Assembly: GCF_003966335.1 (NCBI RefSeq)
Contig: NZ_CP034549.1
Coordinates: 1,590,001 to 1,622,000, forward strand
Origin: Nonlabens ponticola
GTDB lineage: Bacteria; Bacteroidota; Bacteroidia; Flavobacteriales; Flavobacteriaceae
Direction of reading: 5' to 3'
DNA: 32,000 bases
Both the position numbers and the translations under genes were made by a program. Within the stretch, counting starts at the first letter, position 1, and every line of letters begins with the position of its first letter. The notes under the pieces were generated by a model. It worked only from the letters and a program-made list of their open reading frames with translations. It made no database searches and was not told the origin of the DNA. This document shows positions 9,281 to 17,476 of this stretch, piece by piece.

Positions 9281-10765
9281 ATGCAGATTTACAAAATGAA
9301 TATGAATATAGAAAGCATTAAAACACTAGGAGATCTCAAGAAATCTGGGTGGAAGTCAAAATCCATAAAGGACGAGTTAAGAGATAACCTAAAACAGAAT
9401 ATCAAAAATGGCGTGGAATCATTCACAGGAATACATGGTTATGAAAATACCGTAATTCCAGAATTGGAACGAGCTATTTTATCACGACACAACATCAACT
9501 TATTAGGATTGCGTGGACAGGCAAAAACACGTTTGGCACGTCTCATGACTGGATTACTGGATGAATACATTCCATATATTACAGAGAGTGAGATCCACGA
9601 CGATCCACTTGCGCCGTTATCTAGTTCTGCACAGGCATTAGTTGACGAGCATGGAGATGACACACCTATATCGTGGCTTTATCGTGACGATCGATTCTAT
9701 GAGAAGCTCGCCACACCAGACGTTACAGTGGCAGATTTGATTGGAGATATTGACCCAATTAAAGCAGCTAATCTAAGATTAAGTTATGCTGATGATCGCG
9801 TGATTCACTATGGTATGATACCACGTGCTAATCGATGCATTTTTGTTATCAACGAGTTACCAGATCTACAGGCTAGAATTCAGGTAGCATTATTCAACAT
9901 TCTACAAGAAGGCGACATACAAATACGTGGTTTTAAATTGAGGCTAGCGCTGGATATGCAATTTATATTTACTGCAAATCCAGAAGACTATACCAATCGC
10001 GGTAGCATCGTGACACCGCTCAAGGATCGTATAGGTTCCCAAATCTTGACGCACTATCCAGAATCCATAGAGATAGCTAAAACCATCACTCAACAAGAGG
10101 CGCGTAACGATGCTCGACTTAAAGAAAGTATTTATGTGCCAGAGCTAGCCCAAGATATTTTGGAGCAAATAAGCTTTAGCGCGCGTGAGAGTGAGTATGT
10201 GGATGAAAAAAGTGGCGTGAGTGCTCGTATGAGCATCACCGCATATGAAAATTTACTGAGCACCGCAGAGCGTCGATCGCTCATCAATGGAGATGAAAAA
10301 ACTACCATCAGGTTTTCAGACTTTACGGGAATCATTCCTGCGATTACTGGTAAGATTGAATTGGTGTATGAAGGGGAGCAAGAAGGTGCAGCCTTTGTAG
10401 CAAACGAGTTGATAGGTGAAGCCATTAAGACGTTGTTTGTTCAGTATTTTCCAGAAATCAAGAAACTTAAAAAGCCAGACGAGGAAACACCGTATGACAA
10501 ACTAGTTGAGTGGTTCTTCAATAATGATGGCGTTGAACTGCTGGATGAATTAAGCGATAGTGATTACAAACAGCTGCTGGATCAAGTGACGCCACTTGAG
10601 GATTTGATACAAAAATATCAGCCAGAAGTACCTGCGAGCGACCGCTATTTCTACAAAGAGTTCATCTTATGGGCTCTTGTGGAACTTGATAAATTAAGCA
10701 AGAAACGATTTACTGAAGGTTATCAGTTCAACGACTTATACAGCGATTTTGTAAAAGGCATTTAA
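9281..10765 (+). CDS. ChlI/BchI-like AAA+ ATPase (magnesium-chelatase-I family homolog, non-photosynthetic context)
   Basis: 494 aa. LLGLRGQAKTRLARL aligns with the ChlI P-loop GDRGTGKST. FVINELPDL aligns with Walker B IDEVNLL. TANPEDY and LKDRIG resemble the sensor-1 and Arg-finger regions of ChlI. Confidence 0.8.
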   Translation: MQIYKMNMNIESIKTLGDLKKSGWKSKSIKDELRDNLKQNIKNGVESFTGIHGYENTVIPELERAILSRHNINLLGLRGQAKTRLARLMTGLLDEYIPYITESEIHDDPLAPLSSSAQALVDEHGDDTPISWLYRDDRFYEKLATPDVTVADLIGDIDPIKAANLRLSYADDRVIHYGMIPRANRCIFVINELPDLQARIQVALFNILQEGDIQIRGFKLRLALDMQFIFTANPEDYTNRGSIVTPLKDRIGSQILTHYPESIEIAKTITQQEARNDARLKESIYVPELAQDILEQISFSARESEYVDEKSGVSARMSITAYENLLSTAERRSLINGDEKTTIRFSDFTGIIPAITGKIELVYEGEQEGAAFVANELIGEAIKTLFVQYFPEIKKLKKPDEETPYDKLVEWFFNNDGVELLDELSDSDYKQLLDQVTPLEDLIQKYQPEVPASDRYFYKEFILWALVELDKLSKKRFTEGYQFNDLYSDFVKGI

Positions 10766-10789
10766 TAGGTATCGTTGTCATCTTATAAA

Positions 10790-10830
10790 ACAGGTCACAG
10801 GAATTTACTATTCTTGTGGCCTGTTTTTAC
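10790..10830 (+). terminator. Rho-independent terminator after the AAA+ gene
   Basis: A 10-bp stem ACAGGTCACA / TGTGGCCTGT (one G-U pair) has a 15-nt loop and is followed by TTTTACTTTT. Confidence 0.65.
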
Positions 10831-10834
10831 TTTT

Positions 10835-11698
10835 ATGAGAATCAATTACTTCCTTTTTCTAGTCCTGTTTTTACTCATTTCATGCAAACAAAAAGATACT
10901 GCACCTGGCGATGATAAAATAGATCTCAAACTAGAAGATGTAGGTGTCGAGATAGCAAACCATTATAATTATAACGAGCCAGATAGTTTGATTGCTTTGT
11001 TTGACCACAGGCAATTCTCAAAACGATTGGGTCAACCATTTTTTAATCTTGATAAGCGAGCGCAATCCTATGTCATAGGCATGGTGATGCAATATTATGA
11101 TGAAACGAATAGGTTTGTCCTCAGTGAGATGCAGCAGCGTGGACTTTTTCTAGAATTATTAGCCGTAAATCAAGACGAGCAAGTGTCTAAACTGTTTTAT
11201 CGCTTGATAAATCAATCTGGTGAGCGATTGTTCACCTATCTAGTGTTGTACGTGCAGCAGGATGCTAGTGGCGATTACAAGATTGTCAACCAGTATGATG
11301 TTTCCAAAGCATATAGCCTAGGCCAGAATAGTAAGATCACTATACGCAATATGCAAAAGAACCGTTCTTTTCAAAAGGGAGCAGAGAAGGCCTTTGCAAT
11401 TCTAAGCCAAGCTGTTGCACTAGAAAAGACCCATGGATATGAGGCAGCCTACAAGATCATGGAAGATATCAAGCAACCATTCACGAGAATTCCTGCCATT
11501 GCAAATTATAGATTTATTCTAGCGTCCCATTTAGGTGCGCAGCCATTTATTCAAGAGGCAAAGTATCTCAAGAGTATCACGCCCAACGAGCAAAGCAAGA
11601 TGTTTTATGATTGCATCATCATGGAACAGCAGGATCCATCAAATAAGGAAGCTGTGACCTCTTGCTATGAATCGTTCATCGAGCGACTAGTACAGTAA
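10835..11698 (+). CDS. Hypothetical lipoprotein
   Basis: Starting from the ATG at 10835 gives MRINYFLFLVLFLLISCKQKD, a lipobox with Cys. The track start at 10775 is a TTG and would read through the terminator hairpin. Confidence 0.75.
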   Translation: MRINYFLFLVLFLLISCKQKDTAPGDDKIDLKLEDVGVEIANHYNYNEPDSLIALFDHRQFSKRLGQPFFNLDKRAQSYVIGMVMQYYDETNRFVLSEMQQRGLFLELLAVNQDEQVSKLFYRLINQSGERLFTYLVLYVQQDASGDYKIVNQYDVSKAYSLGQNSKITIRNMQKNRSFQKGAEKAFAILSQAVALEKTHGYEAAYKIMEDIKQPFTRIPAIANYRFILASHLGAQPFIQEAKYLKSITPNEQSKMFYDCIIMEQQDPSNKEAVTSCYESFIERLVQ

Positions 11699-11701
11699 AT
11701 A

Positions 11702-12448
11702 TTATGAGAGCTGCGCAATCAGTTTGTTGATTTCCACTATTGATTGATTCTCTTGCAATAGTTGTTCTCTGGCGTTTTTGGCAGTTTCTAGAGCATCCTT
11801 CTTTCTGCCCAGACGCGATTCAAGGGCAGCAATTAAATGCATTTTCATACCTTCTTGAGCAATCTCATTAGATCTATTAGCAAGTACCAGGGCAGCTTTT
11901 AAATCACGAGCATCATTCAGGTTATTATGAATAGACATAGCCGTGGTCATGAGTTGTTTAGGACTATGCCACAATTTTTTTAGGTTGCGCTTGGTCAATT
12001 TCTTGTGTGAGCCAGCGACCAGTTGATATTGCGACGGTACTGGTTTGTACTGTAGGTACTCGCCAGATAAGGGCAACTCGTTGTTTTTATCAATCATGGA
12101 TCTAAAATCAGCCTCTGGAATAGCACCTGTATGTTGACCCAATACCTGACCGTTTTTCACAAAAAAGAATGAAGGCACGCCTGGTACTTCCATTACATTA
12201 TCTGTGATATTTTGATCAATATCCATACGGTAAATCGTAGCGTCTACGTTCTCGTCTGCCGCGGTACTTTCAATAAACGGCTTCATGTATTTACATGGAC
12301 CACACCAGGTCGCAGTAAAATAAAACACCTTTAACTCATCATCTTGAGCCATTATTTTACTCTCGACTTGATCGTCAGTAATGTAGTCTTGCGCTTGAGC
12401 GCTTGTTAGGGCTAATAGTGATAAAAAAGATAAAACTATGTGCTTCAT
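11702..12448 (-). CDS. Exported thioredoxin-fold protein with C-terminal helical extension
   Basis: Starting from the ATG at 12448 gives MKHIVLSFLSLLALTSAQAQ, a signal peptide. The WCGPCK active site is present. The longer track ORF (to 12559) would read through the intergenic repeat. Confidence 0.85.
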   Translation of the reverse strand: MKHIVLSFLSLLALTSAQAQDYITDDQVESKIMAQDDELKVFYFTATWCGPCKYMKPFIESTAADENVDATIYRMDIDQNITDNVMEVPGVPSFFFVKNGQVLGQHTGAIPEADFRSMIDKNNELPLSGEYLQYKPVPSQYQLVAGSHKKLTKRNLKKLWHSPKQLMTTAMSIHNNLNDARDLKAALVLANRSNEIAQEGMKMHLIAALESRLGRKKDALETAKNAREQLLQENQSIVEINKLIAQLS

Positions 12449-12500
12449 GATGCGTTGTTTGAACTTTTGACTGCTAATTTTATACCACAAATGGTGTGAT

Positions 12501-12564
12501 GTAGATTGTTTGGGATTATGCTTTCGCGAAAGCTGACACCCAAAAATACGGGATAACAATCTAC
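12501..12564. repeat. Copy 4: palindrome embedded in a larger inverted repeat (intergenic, thioredoxin / mazG divergent gap)
   Basis: The core is at 12520-12533. It is flanked by 10-bp arms GTAGATTGTT (12501-12510) and AACAATCTAC (12555-12564). The left flank read in reverse complement (GCATAATCCCAAA) resembles the right flank of copy 6. Confidence 0.85.
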
Positions 12565-12598
12565 AACCTATAATGTACCCTTAAAATCTAATGACAAG

Positions 12599-13375
12599 AT
12601 GGCTTCACGTAAAGAGCAACTCGCAGCGCTGGATAGATTATTGACGATCATGGACGAGTTGCGAGAGCAGTGTCCATGGGATAAAAAGCAAACCCTACAA
12701 TCCTTGAGGCATTTGACCATTGAGGAAACCTATGAACTAGGCGATGCGATCCTGGATAACGATATGGAGGAAATACCTAAGGAGCTGGGTGATTTGTTGT
12801 TGCATATCGTGTTTTATGCAAAGATCGGTTCAGAAACTAATGACTTTGATATCGCTAGTGTTGCTCATGGCATTTGCGATAAATTGGTTTCTAGGCATCC
12901 GCACATTTATGGTGATGTAGTAGTGGCAAATGAAGAAGAAGTGAAGCAAAATTGGGAAGCGTTAAAACTGAAGGAAGGTAAAAAAAGTGTTTTGGAAGGT
13001 GTGCCCAAAAGTTTGCCAGCCCTGGTAAAAAGCTCCAGAATTCAAGACAAGGTAGCTGGCGTGGGCTTTGACTGGGAACATCCAGAACAGGTAAAGGAAA
13101 AGCTTGAAGAAGAGCTAGAGGAATTACAAGAAGAAGTAGATAAAGGCGACAAGGACGCTATTGAGGCCGAATTTGGCGATGTGCTATTCTCACTCGTGAA
13201 TTACGCCAAGCATCTAGGCGTCAATCCAGAAGATGCGCTGGAACGCACCAATAAAAAATTCATCAAACGCTTTCAATACCTTGAATCAAAAGCTGGCGAG
13301 TTAGGTAAGAAATTGGGCGATATGACGCTGGATGAAATGGACGTATTCTGGAATGAGGCAAAGTCACTACCATAA
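12599..13375 (+). CDS. mazG: Nucleoside triphosphate pyrophosphohydrolase MazG
   Basis: 258 aa with two MazG-type EExxE/D helical motifs (IEETYELGDA, ELGDLLLH, EAEFGDVLFSL). Confidence 0.9.
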   Translation: MASRKEQLAALDRLLTIMDELREQCPWDKKQTLQSLRHLTIEETYELGDAILDNDMEEIPKELGDLLLHIVFYAKIGSETNDFDIASVAHGICDKLVSRHPHIYGDVVVANEEEVKQNWEALKLKEGKKSVLEGVPKSLPALVKSSRIQDKVAGVGFDWEHPEQVKEKLEEELEELQEEVDKGDKDAIEAEFGDVLFSLVNYAKHLGVNPEDALERTNKKFIKRFQYLESKAGELGKKLGDMTLDEMDVFWNEAKSLP

Positions 13376-13401
13376 AAAAACGCCATCCGGCGTCTTTTTT
13401 T
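13374..13401. terminator. Bidirectional rho-independent terminator between convergent mazG and the Pmp3-like gene
   Basis: AAAAAAA-CGCC-ATCC-GGCG-TCTTTTTTT. The GC stem has an A run on one side and a T run on the other. Confidence 0.75.
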
Positions 13402-13416
13402 ATGCTGTTTATCATC

Positions 13417-13572
13417 CTACTTTGACGTCACATAAAATGCGTGGATAATTCCAGGAATAATCCCTAGAATGGTAAGTAGTAGATTGATTAAGAAGTCCTT
13501 ACCTAATCCTTTATTGAGCGCTACACTCACAGGTGGTAATATGATGTTCAAGATGATGGTAATAATTCCCAT
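13417..13572 (-). CDS. Pmp3/YqaE (UPF0057) family small membrane proteolipid, 51 aa
   Basis: Hand translation gives MGIITIILNIILPPVSVALNKGLGKDFLINLLLTILGIIPGIIHAFYVTSK*. The LPP...G.GKDF.INLLLT.LG.IPG.IHA.YV pattern is characteristic of the family. It is below the ORF-track length cutoff. Confidence 0.85.
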   Translation of the reverse strand: MGIITIILNIILPPVSVALNKGLGKDFLINLLLTILGIIPGIIHAFYVTSK

Positions 13573-13617
13573 GGTTGATGTTTTAGATTTTGGTGAAAAT
13601 AATTTTAACCATCATCG

Positions 13618-13661
13618 TTAATCGTTAACTATCTGGGAATTGGGCTAGAATTAACGATTAA
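13618..13661 (-). terminator. Possible AT-rich hairpin at the purB stop codon
   Basis: An 11-bp perfect inverted repeat TTAATCGTTAA (13618-13628) / TTAACGATTAA (13651-13661) has a 22-nt loop. One arm overlaps the purB stop. The stem has low GC, so function is uncertain. Confidence 0.3.
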
Positions 13662-14992
13662 ATACCAGTGAAATTTGAAGGCGTTATGGCACGCATCTCA
13701 ATCTTCAGTTGGTCGCTCACATCCAGCTGATCGATAAATTGAGACATGCTCGCAGCCGTGATTTTTTCATTCGTTCTAGTAAGTTCCTTTAGCGCTTCAT
13801 ACGGATTGGGATAAGCCTCACGACGCAAGATCGTTTGAATGGCCTCTGCAACTACAGCCCAATTGTTCTCAAGATCTGCGGCAATCTTTTCCTCATTGAG
13901 TAATAGTTTGTTTAATCCTTTAAGCGTTGCTTTAAAGGCAATGATGGTATGAGCTAGTGGCACACCAACGTTGCGCAACACGGTAGAATCTGTTAGGTCG
14001 CGTTGCAATCTTGAGATAGGTAGTTTGCCTGCAAGGTGTTCAAACAACGCATTGGCGATACCTAGATTTCCTTCACTATTTTCAAAGTCAATCGGATTCA
14101 CCTTGTGTGGCATCGCGCTGGAACCTATCTCTCCAGCCTTGATCTTTTGCTTGAAGTAATCCATGCTTATGTAGGTCCAGATATCCTTGTCTAGATCTAA
14201 TAAAATGGTATTGATACGCTTGAGGTTGTCAAATAACGCAGCAATAAAATCATAGTGCTCAATTTGAGTAGTCGGGAAACTATGCGATAAGCCTAATTGC
14301 TTTTCTACAAATCGAGTACCAAAATCCTTCCAGTCCACCTGTGGAAAAGCCACGTGATGCGCATTATAATTTCCTGTAGCACCACCAAATTTTGCCGCAT
14401 GCGGTACTTGATGCAGGCTTTCCTGCTGCTTTTTAAGTCTAGTTACATACACGTTAATCTCTTTGCCTAATCGCGTAGGTGATGCTGGTTGACCATGCGT
14501 GCGCGCCAGCATGGGGATATCTTTCCAGTCTGCCGCAAGTTGTTCCAGCCTGTCAATCACTTCTTGCAACTGGTTGTGGTAAACCTCGTGCATGGCATCC
14601 TTAATACTCAATGGTATCGCTGTATTATTGATGTCTTGAGAGGTAAGTCCAAAGTGGATAAACTCTTTATGTTTCGCCAGTCCTAACGCATCAAACTGGT
14701 CTTTGAGAAAATACTCAACTGCTTTGACGTCATGATTAGTGATCTTCTCGATGTCTTTGATCTTTTGAGCGTCTTCAAGACTAAACTTGTTATAAAGGTC
14801 TCTAAGTTGTTCTTGAGTTTGTGGGTCGAGAGGTTGTAGTTGGGAAATTCCGCTTTCGCTTAAAGCTATAAAATATTCAACCTCAATAAGTACACGATAC
14901 TTTATGAGTGCGGCCTCAGAAAAATACTGGGATAGATCACTAACTTTTGAATGATAACGACCGTCGATGGGAGAAATAGCTTGTAAAGACAT
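13658..14992 (-). CDS. purB: Adenylosuccinate lyase
   Basis: It has the fumarate-lyase signature SSAMPHKVNP and the N-terminus MSLQAISPIDGRY. The ATG at 14992 is preferred over the track start at 15013. Confidence 0.95.
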   Translation of the reverse strand: MSLQAISPIDGRYHSKVSDLSQYFSEAALIKYRVLIEVEYFIALSESGISQLQPLDPQTQEQLRDLYNKFSLEDAQKIKDIEKITNHDVKAVEYFLKDQFDALGLAKHKEFIHFGLTSQDINNTAIPLSIKDAMHEVYHNQLQEVIDRLEQLAADWKDIPMLARTHGQPASPTRLGKEINVYVTRLKKQQESLHQVPHAAKFGGATGNYNAHHVAFPQVDWKDFGTRFVEKQLGLSHSFPTTQIEHYDFIAALFDNLKRINTILLDLDKDIWTYISMDYFKQKIKAGEIGSSAMPHKVNPIDFENSEGNLGIANALFEHLAGKLPISRLQRDLTDSTVLRNVGVPLAHTIIAFKATLKGLNKLLLNEEKIAADLENNWAVVAEAIQTILRREAYPNPYEALKELTRTNEKITAASMSQFIDQLDVSDQLKIEMRAITPSNFTGI

Positions 14993-15058
14993 GATTATAA
15001 CTTTAAAGCGCACAAAAATAGACGTTTGTCAATCAAAATGTGCGTGCTATAGGTACTA

Positions 15059-15619
15059 TTATTCCAGCTTTTTAATGATGGCAATAGCACCGCTGCGGTA
15101 TCCTTTATTATCTGGATTATCAAGATGTTTTTCAATCGCGTCTGGCAATTGCTCGTGAACCCATGAAAAATCTTGTCCCAATAAATACAGCGACTTGGTA
15201 GCAAATATCAAATTAGCCGACTTTCCTGTTGCTGCAATTAATTCACCAAAACAACCGTCGAGCAGCGTTGCGCGCATGTCTATTGTAAGAAGCTCATCAT
15301 AAGGGCTTGATTTTTTATGATAAAATTGCTGGCATATAAGCAATGAGATTTTGAGCAAGGATCGCATACCTGAATGGTTGATAGGCAAGGCAAAGAGATT
15401 AATCAGTGAGCCTAAGTGTGGTAAACACTTTTCCTCATGGAGTAGGAATACTTGTTCCAGTACCCAGCAGGCTTGATGCGAAACGTCATGTTTGGGATGA
15501 CAAAACTCAATGAGCTCAGGAATCTGATGATATTCTACCACTAGATTGCATAGATCGACTCGATCTGCCTTGTAAGCTTTGAGCGGTTCTAGGCGATTGT
15601 AGAGTTCTCGGCGATCCAT
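15059..15619 (-). CDS. Hypothetical all-alpha (HEAT/ARM-like?) protein
   Basis: 186 aa with predicted helical-repeat character and no motif I recognise. Its ATG lies 2 nt after the sirtuin stop. Confidence 0.7.
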   Translation of the reverse strand: MDRRELYNRLEPLKAYKADRVDLCNLVVEYHQIPELIEFCHPKHDVSHQACWVLEQVFLLHEEKCLPHLGSLINLFALPINHSGMRSLLKISLLICQQFYHKKSSPYDELLTIDMRATLLDGCFGELIAATGKSANLIFATKSLYLLGQDFSWVHEQLPDAIEKHLDNPDNKGYRSGAIAIIKKLE

Positions 15620-15621
15620 GA

Positions 15622-16305
15622 CTAGAATTCCATCGTGATCATATCACAAACCTTAGGAACGCCTTGAGTGGCTGCTTGTACAATAACTTTGAGATGCTCA
15701 TTTCCTGCAAAACAAGGATTAGGATCAACGAGATATGTCATGGCATGCGATGGTGCGTAATGCATCAAACCAGCGGCTGGATATACTTGTAGTGAGGTGC
15801 CTATGATTATCACAATATCTGCATCATGGATCGTGTCAATGGCAATATCCATCATGGGTACATCTTCTCCAAACCAAACGATGTGTGGTCGCAGCTGACT
15901 ACCATCAGTAGCCTTGTCACTTATCGCTATATCATCAACCCAATCTACCACTGTATTCAAGTCTTTGGTGCCACGAGCTTTGAGAAGCTCACCATGCAAA
16001 TGGATAACATTAGTTGAGCCAGCACGCTCGTGTAGGTCATCTACATTTTGGGTAATTATATGAACGTCACAATTACGTTCTAGTGCTGCTAGGCAGTAAT
16101 GCGCTTCATTAGGTTCTACTTCCTTAAGTTGCGCTCGTCGCTTATTATAAAAATCTAGAACAAGTTCAGGATTTGCTGCCCAACCTTGTGGTGATGCTAC
16201 CTCCATGACATCGTGGCCTTCCCATAAACCATCGGCGTCTCTAAAGGTCGAGATACCACTTTCGGCACTGATGCCTGCTCCTGTAAGTGCGACGACTTTC
16301 TTCAT
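15622..16305 (-). CDS. cobB: NAD-dependent protein deacylase (Sir2/CobB family sirtuin)
   Basis: 227 aa with GAGISAESGISTFRD, QNVDDLHERAG and the catalytic His in HLHGEL. The usual CxxC...CxxC zinc ribbon is absent. Confidence 0.9.
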   Translation of the reverse strand: MKKVVALTGAGISAESGISTFRDADGLWEGHDVMEVASPQGWAANPELVLDFYNKRRAQLKEVEPNEAHYCLAALERNCDVHIITQNVDDLHERAGSTNVIHLHGELLKARGTKDLNTVVDWVDDIAISDKATDGSQLRPHIVWFGEDVPMMDIAIDTIHDADIVIIIGTSLQVYPAAGLMHYAPSHAMTYLVDPNPCFAGNEHLKVIVQAATQGVPKVCDMITMEF

Positions 16306-16306
16306 G

Positions 16307-17473
16307 TTAGATTCTTATGGCTTTAATGACGATAGCTCCTAAGGACTTTGAGCTCGTGAAAAATAGATAATTTTTTGCATCTTCCTTGAGCTGATATTTC
16401 GCTCGCAATTGGTTGGCCGTGAGTCGCGAGTTTCTTGTCACTACGGTAAATGCCTGCTTCTGGAATTTGCGTTTGATTTCCTTAGGCTTGAAGGGTAGCA
16501 CTTCCATAACCTCAAAGCAGCGTCCAGGAAAGTCGATGAGCTTATCGCTGGTAAATAGGTGCGCGTCTTGATCTAGTTTATCGATTTGAAACTGCCGTGC
16601 CACCTGAGCAAATGCCTGCAGCTTCATGATGGCCGCGTTGGGCTCGTACACATATGTTTTAGGTTCTGAAAAAGCAATATCTATGTCTAGATCATCCTCA
16701 TAAGCAAACGGTGATTGATTTGTTTCTAGATTTACTGCCTTGTAGATCAATTTTATAGCCTGTGGATCCAGTAGCCATAGCAATTCCCTGACTTCGTTTT
16801 TAACGGCAACGACGTGAATTTCTGCTACATATTGTAACTCTTTCATACCTGCTGTGATATCCAGCATGGGTGATGTTTTAATCAGGATCTTCTTACCCTT
16901 TTGCAGTAATAGATCGGCGTGCTGGATGATGTTGGGTTCATAATCTTGCAAACACACTGCTTTGGAACTTGCCGCTGTTTTTCTGCTGGGATCGACGTAT
17001 AGCAAATCCACTTGCTTGTCTAGTCTTTTTAAGAATTCTATGCCGTCGCCGTGATAACTTTTTGTGTTTGTTTTTAGTGCCTCTAGGTTATGAGCCGTCA
17101 ATGCTTGCAATTGCTCGTCGAGTTCTAAATGGATGGTTGATTTGTAAGCTTTCGCGAAAGCATAAACGTCAACACCCATTCCACCAGTGACATCGATCAT
17201 GGACTCACCACTGGCTATTTGGGATTTGTAGATCGCGGTAGTACTCGAACTGCTTTGCTCCAGATTGACTTTAGGTGGATACAGAATATTCTTATTTTCA
17301 AACCACTCGGGCAATTTCTTGCGAGCCTTTTGCAAGCCAAAAAGTTGTTGGGCTAATTCCTGGCTAGATATTTCTTCAAAAGGGTGCGATTTGAGAATGA
17401 AATCTGCAACATTAGTATGCAGATGATCCATTAAGTAGGTGCGTACCTTAGGCTGTAGCAACAGCTTGTTCAT
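16307..17473 (-). CDS. Class I SAM-dependent methyltransferase with extra N- and C-terminal domains (THUMP-like / RNA-cap-guanine-N2 MTase-like suspected)
   Basis: 388 aa with SAM motif I MIDVTGGMGVD and an acidic motif II HLELDE. The stop is 1 nt before the sirtuin ATG. Confidence 0.75.
   Translation of the reverse strand: MNKLLLQPKVRTYLMDHLHTNVADFILKSHPFEEISSQELAQQLFGLQKARKKLPEWFENKNILYPPKVNLEQSSSSTTAIYKSQIASGESMIDVTGGMGVDVYAFAKAYKSTIHLELDEQLQALTAHNLEALKTNTKSYHGDGIEFLKRLDKQVDLLYVDPSRKTAASSKAVCLQDYEPNIIQHADLLLQKGKKILIKTSPMLDITAGMKELQYVAEIHVVAVKNEVRELLWLLDPQAIKLIYKAVNLETNQSPFAYEDDLDIDIAFSEPKTYVYEPNAAIMKLQAFAQVARQFQIDKLDQDAHLFTSDKLIDFPGRCFEVMEVLPFKPKEIKRKFQKQAFTVVTRNSRLTANQLRAKYQLKEDAKNYLFFTSSKSLGAIVIKAIRI
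17148..17161. repeat. Copy 5 of the 14-bp palindrome (inside the methyltransferase CDS)
   Basis: Exact match. It encodes AFAKA, a different reading frame from copies 1 and 2. Confidence 0.9.
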
Positions 17474-17476
17474 GAT

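Noticed and set aside
8022-10765. The AAA+/VWA pair as a genuine magnesium or cobalt chelatase.
   Set aside because: No large H/CobN-type subunit or tetrapyrrole genes are present in the window, and the VWA protein lacks a ChlD-like AAA+ half. I kept it as a chelatase-like module of unknown function.
12449-12559. N-terminal extensions offered by the ORF track: thioredoxin to 12559, lipoprotein from 10775, TPR gene from 28193, DUF1223 from 19261, ppa to 7831, purB to 15013 and DUF721 to 26642.
   Set aside because: The extensions start at TTG or run through intergenic repeats, hairpins or predicted -7 boxes. They also bury obvious signal peptides or lipoboxes. Internal ATG starts give canonical N-termini.
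15622-16305. The SIR2-domain protein as an anti-phage defence effector (Thoeris, DSR or SIR2-HerA type).
   Set aside because: It is a short (227 aa) canonical sirtuin with deacylase-type motifs. It has no fused or adjacent TIR, HerA, helicase or Argonaute gene, and it sits in a housekeeping context next to purB.
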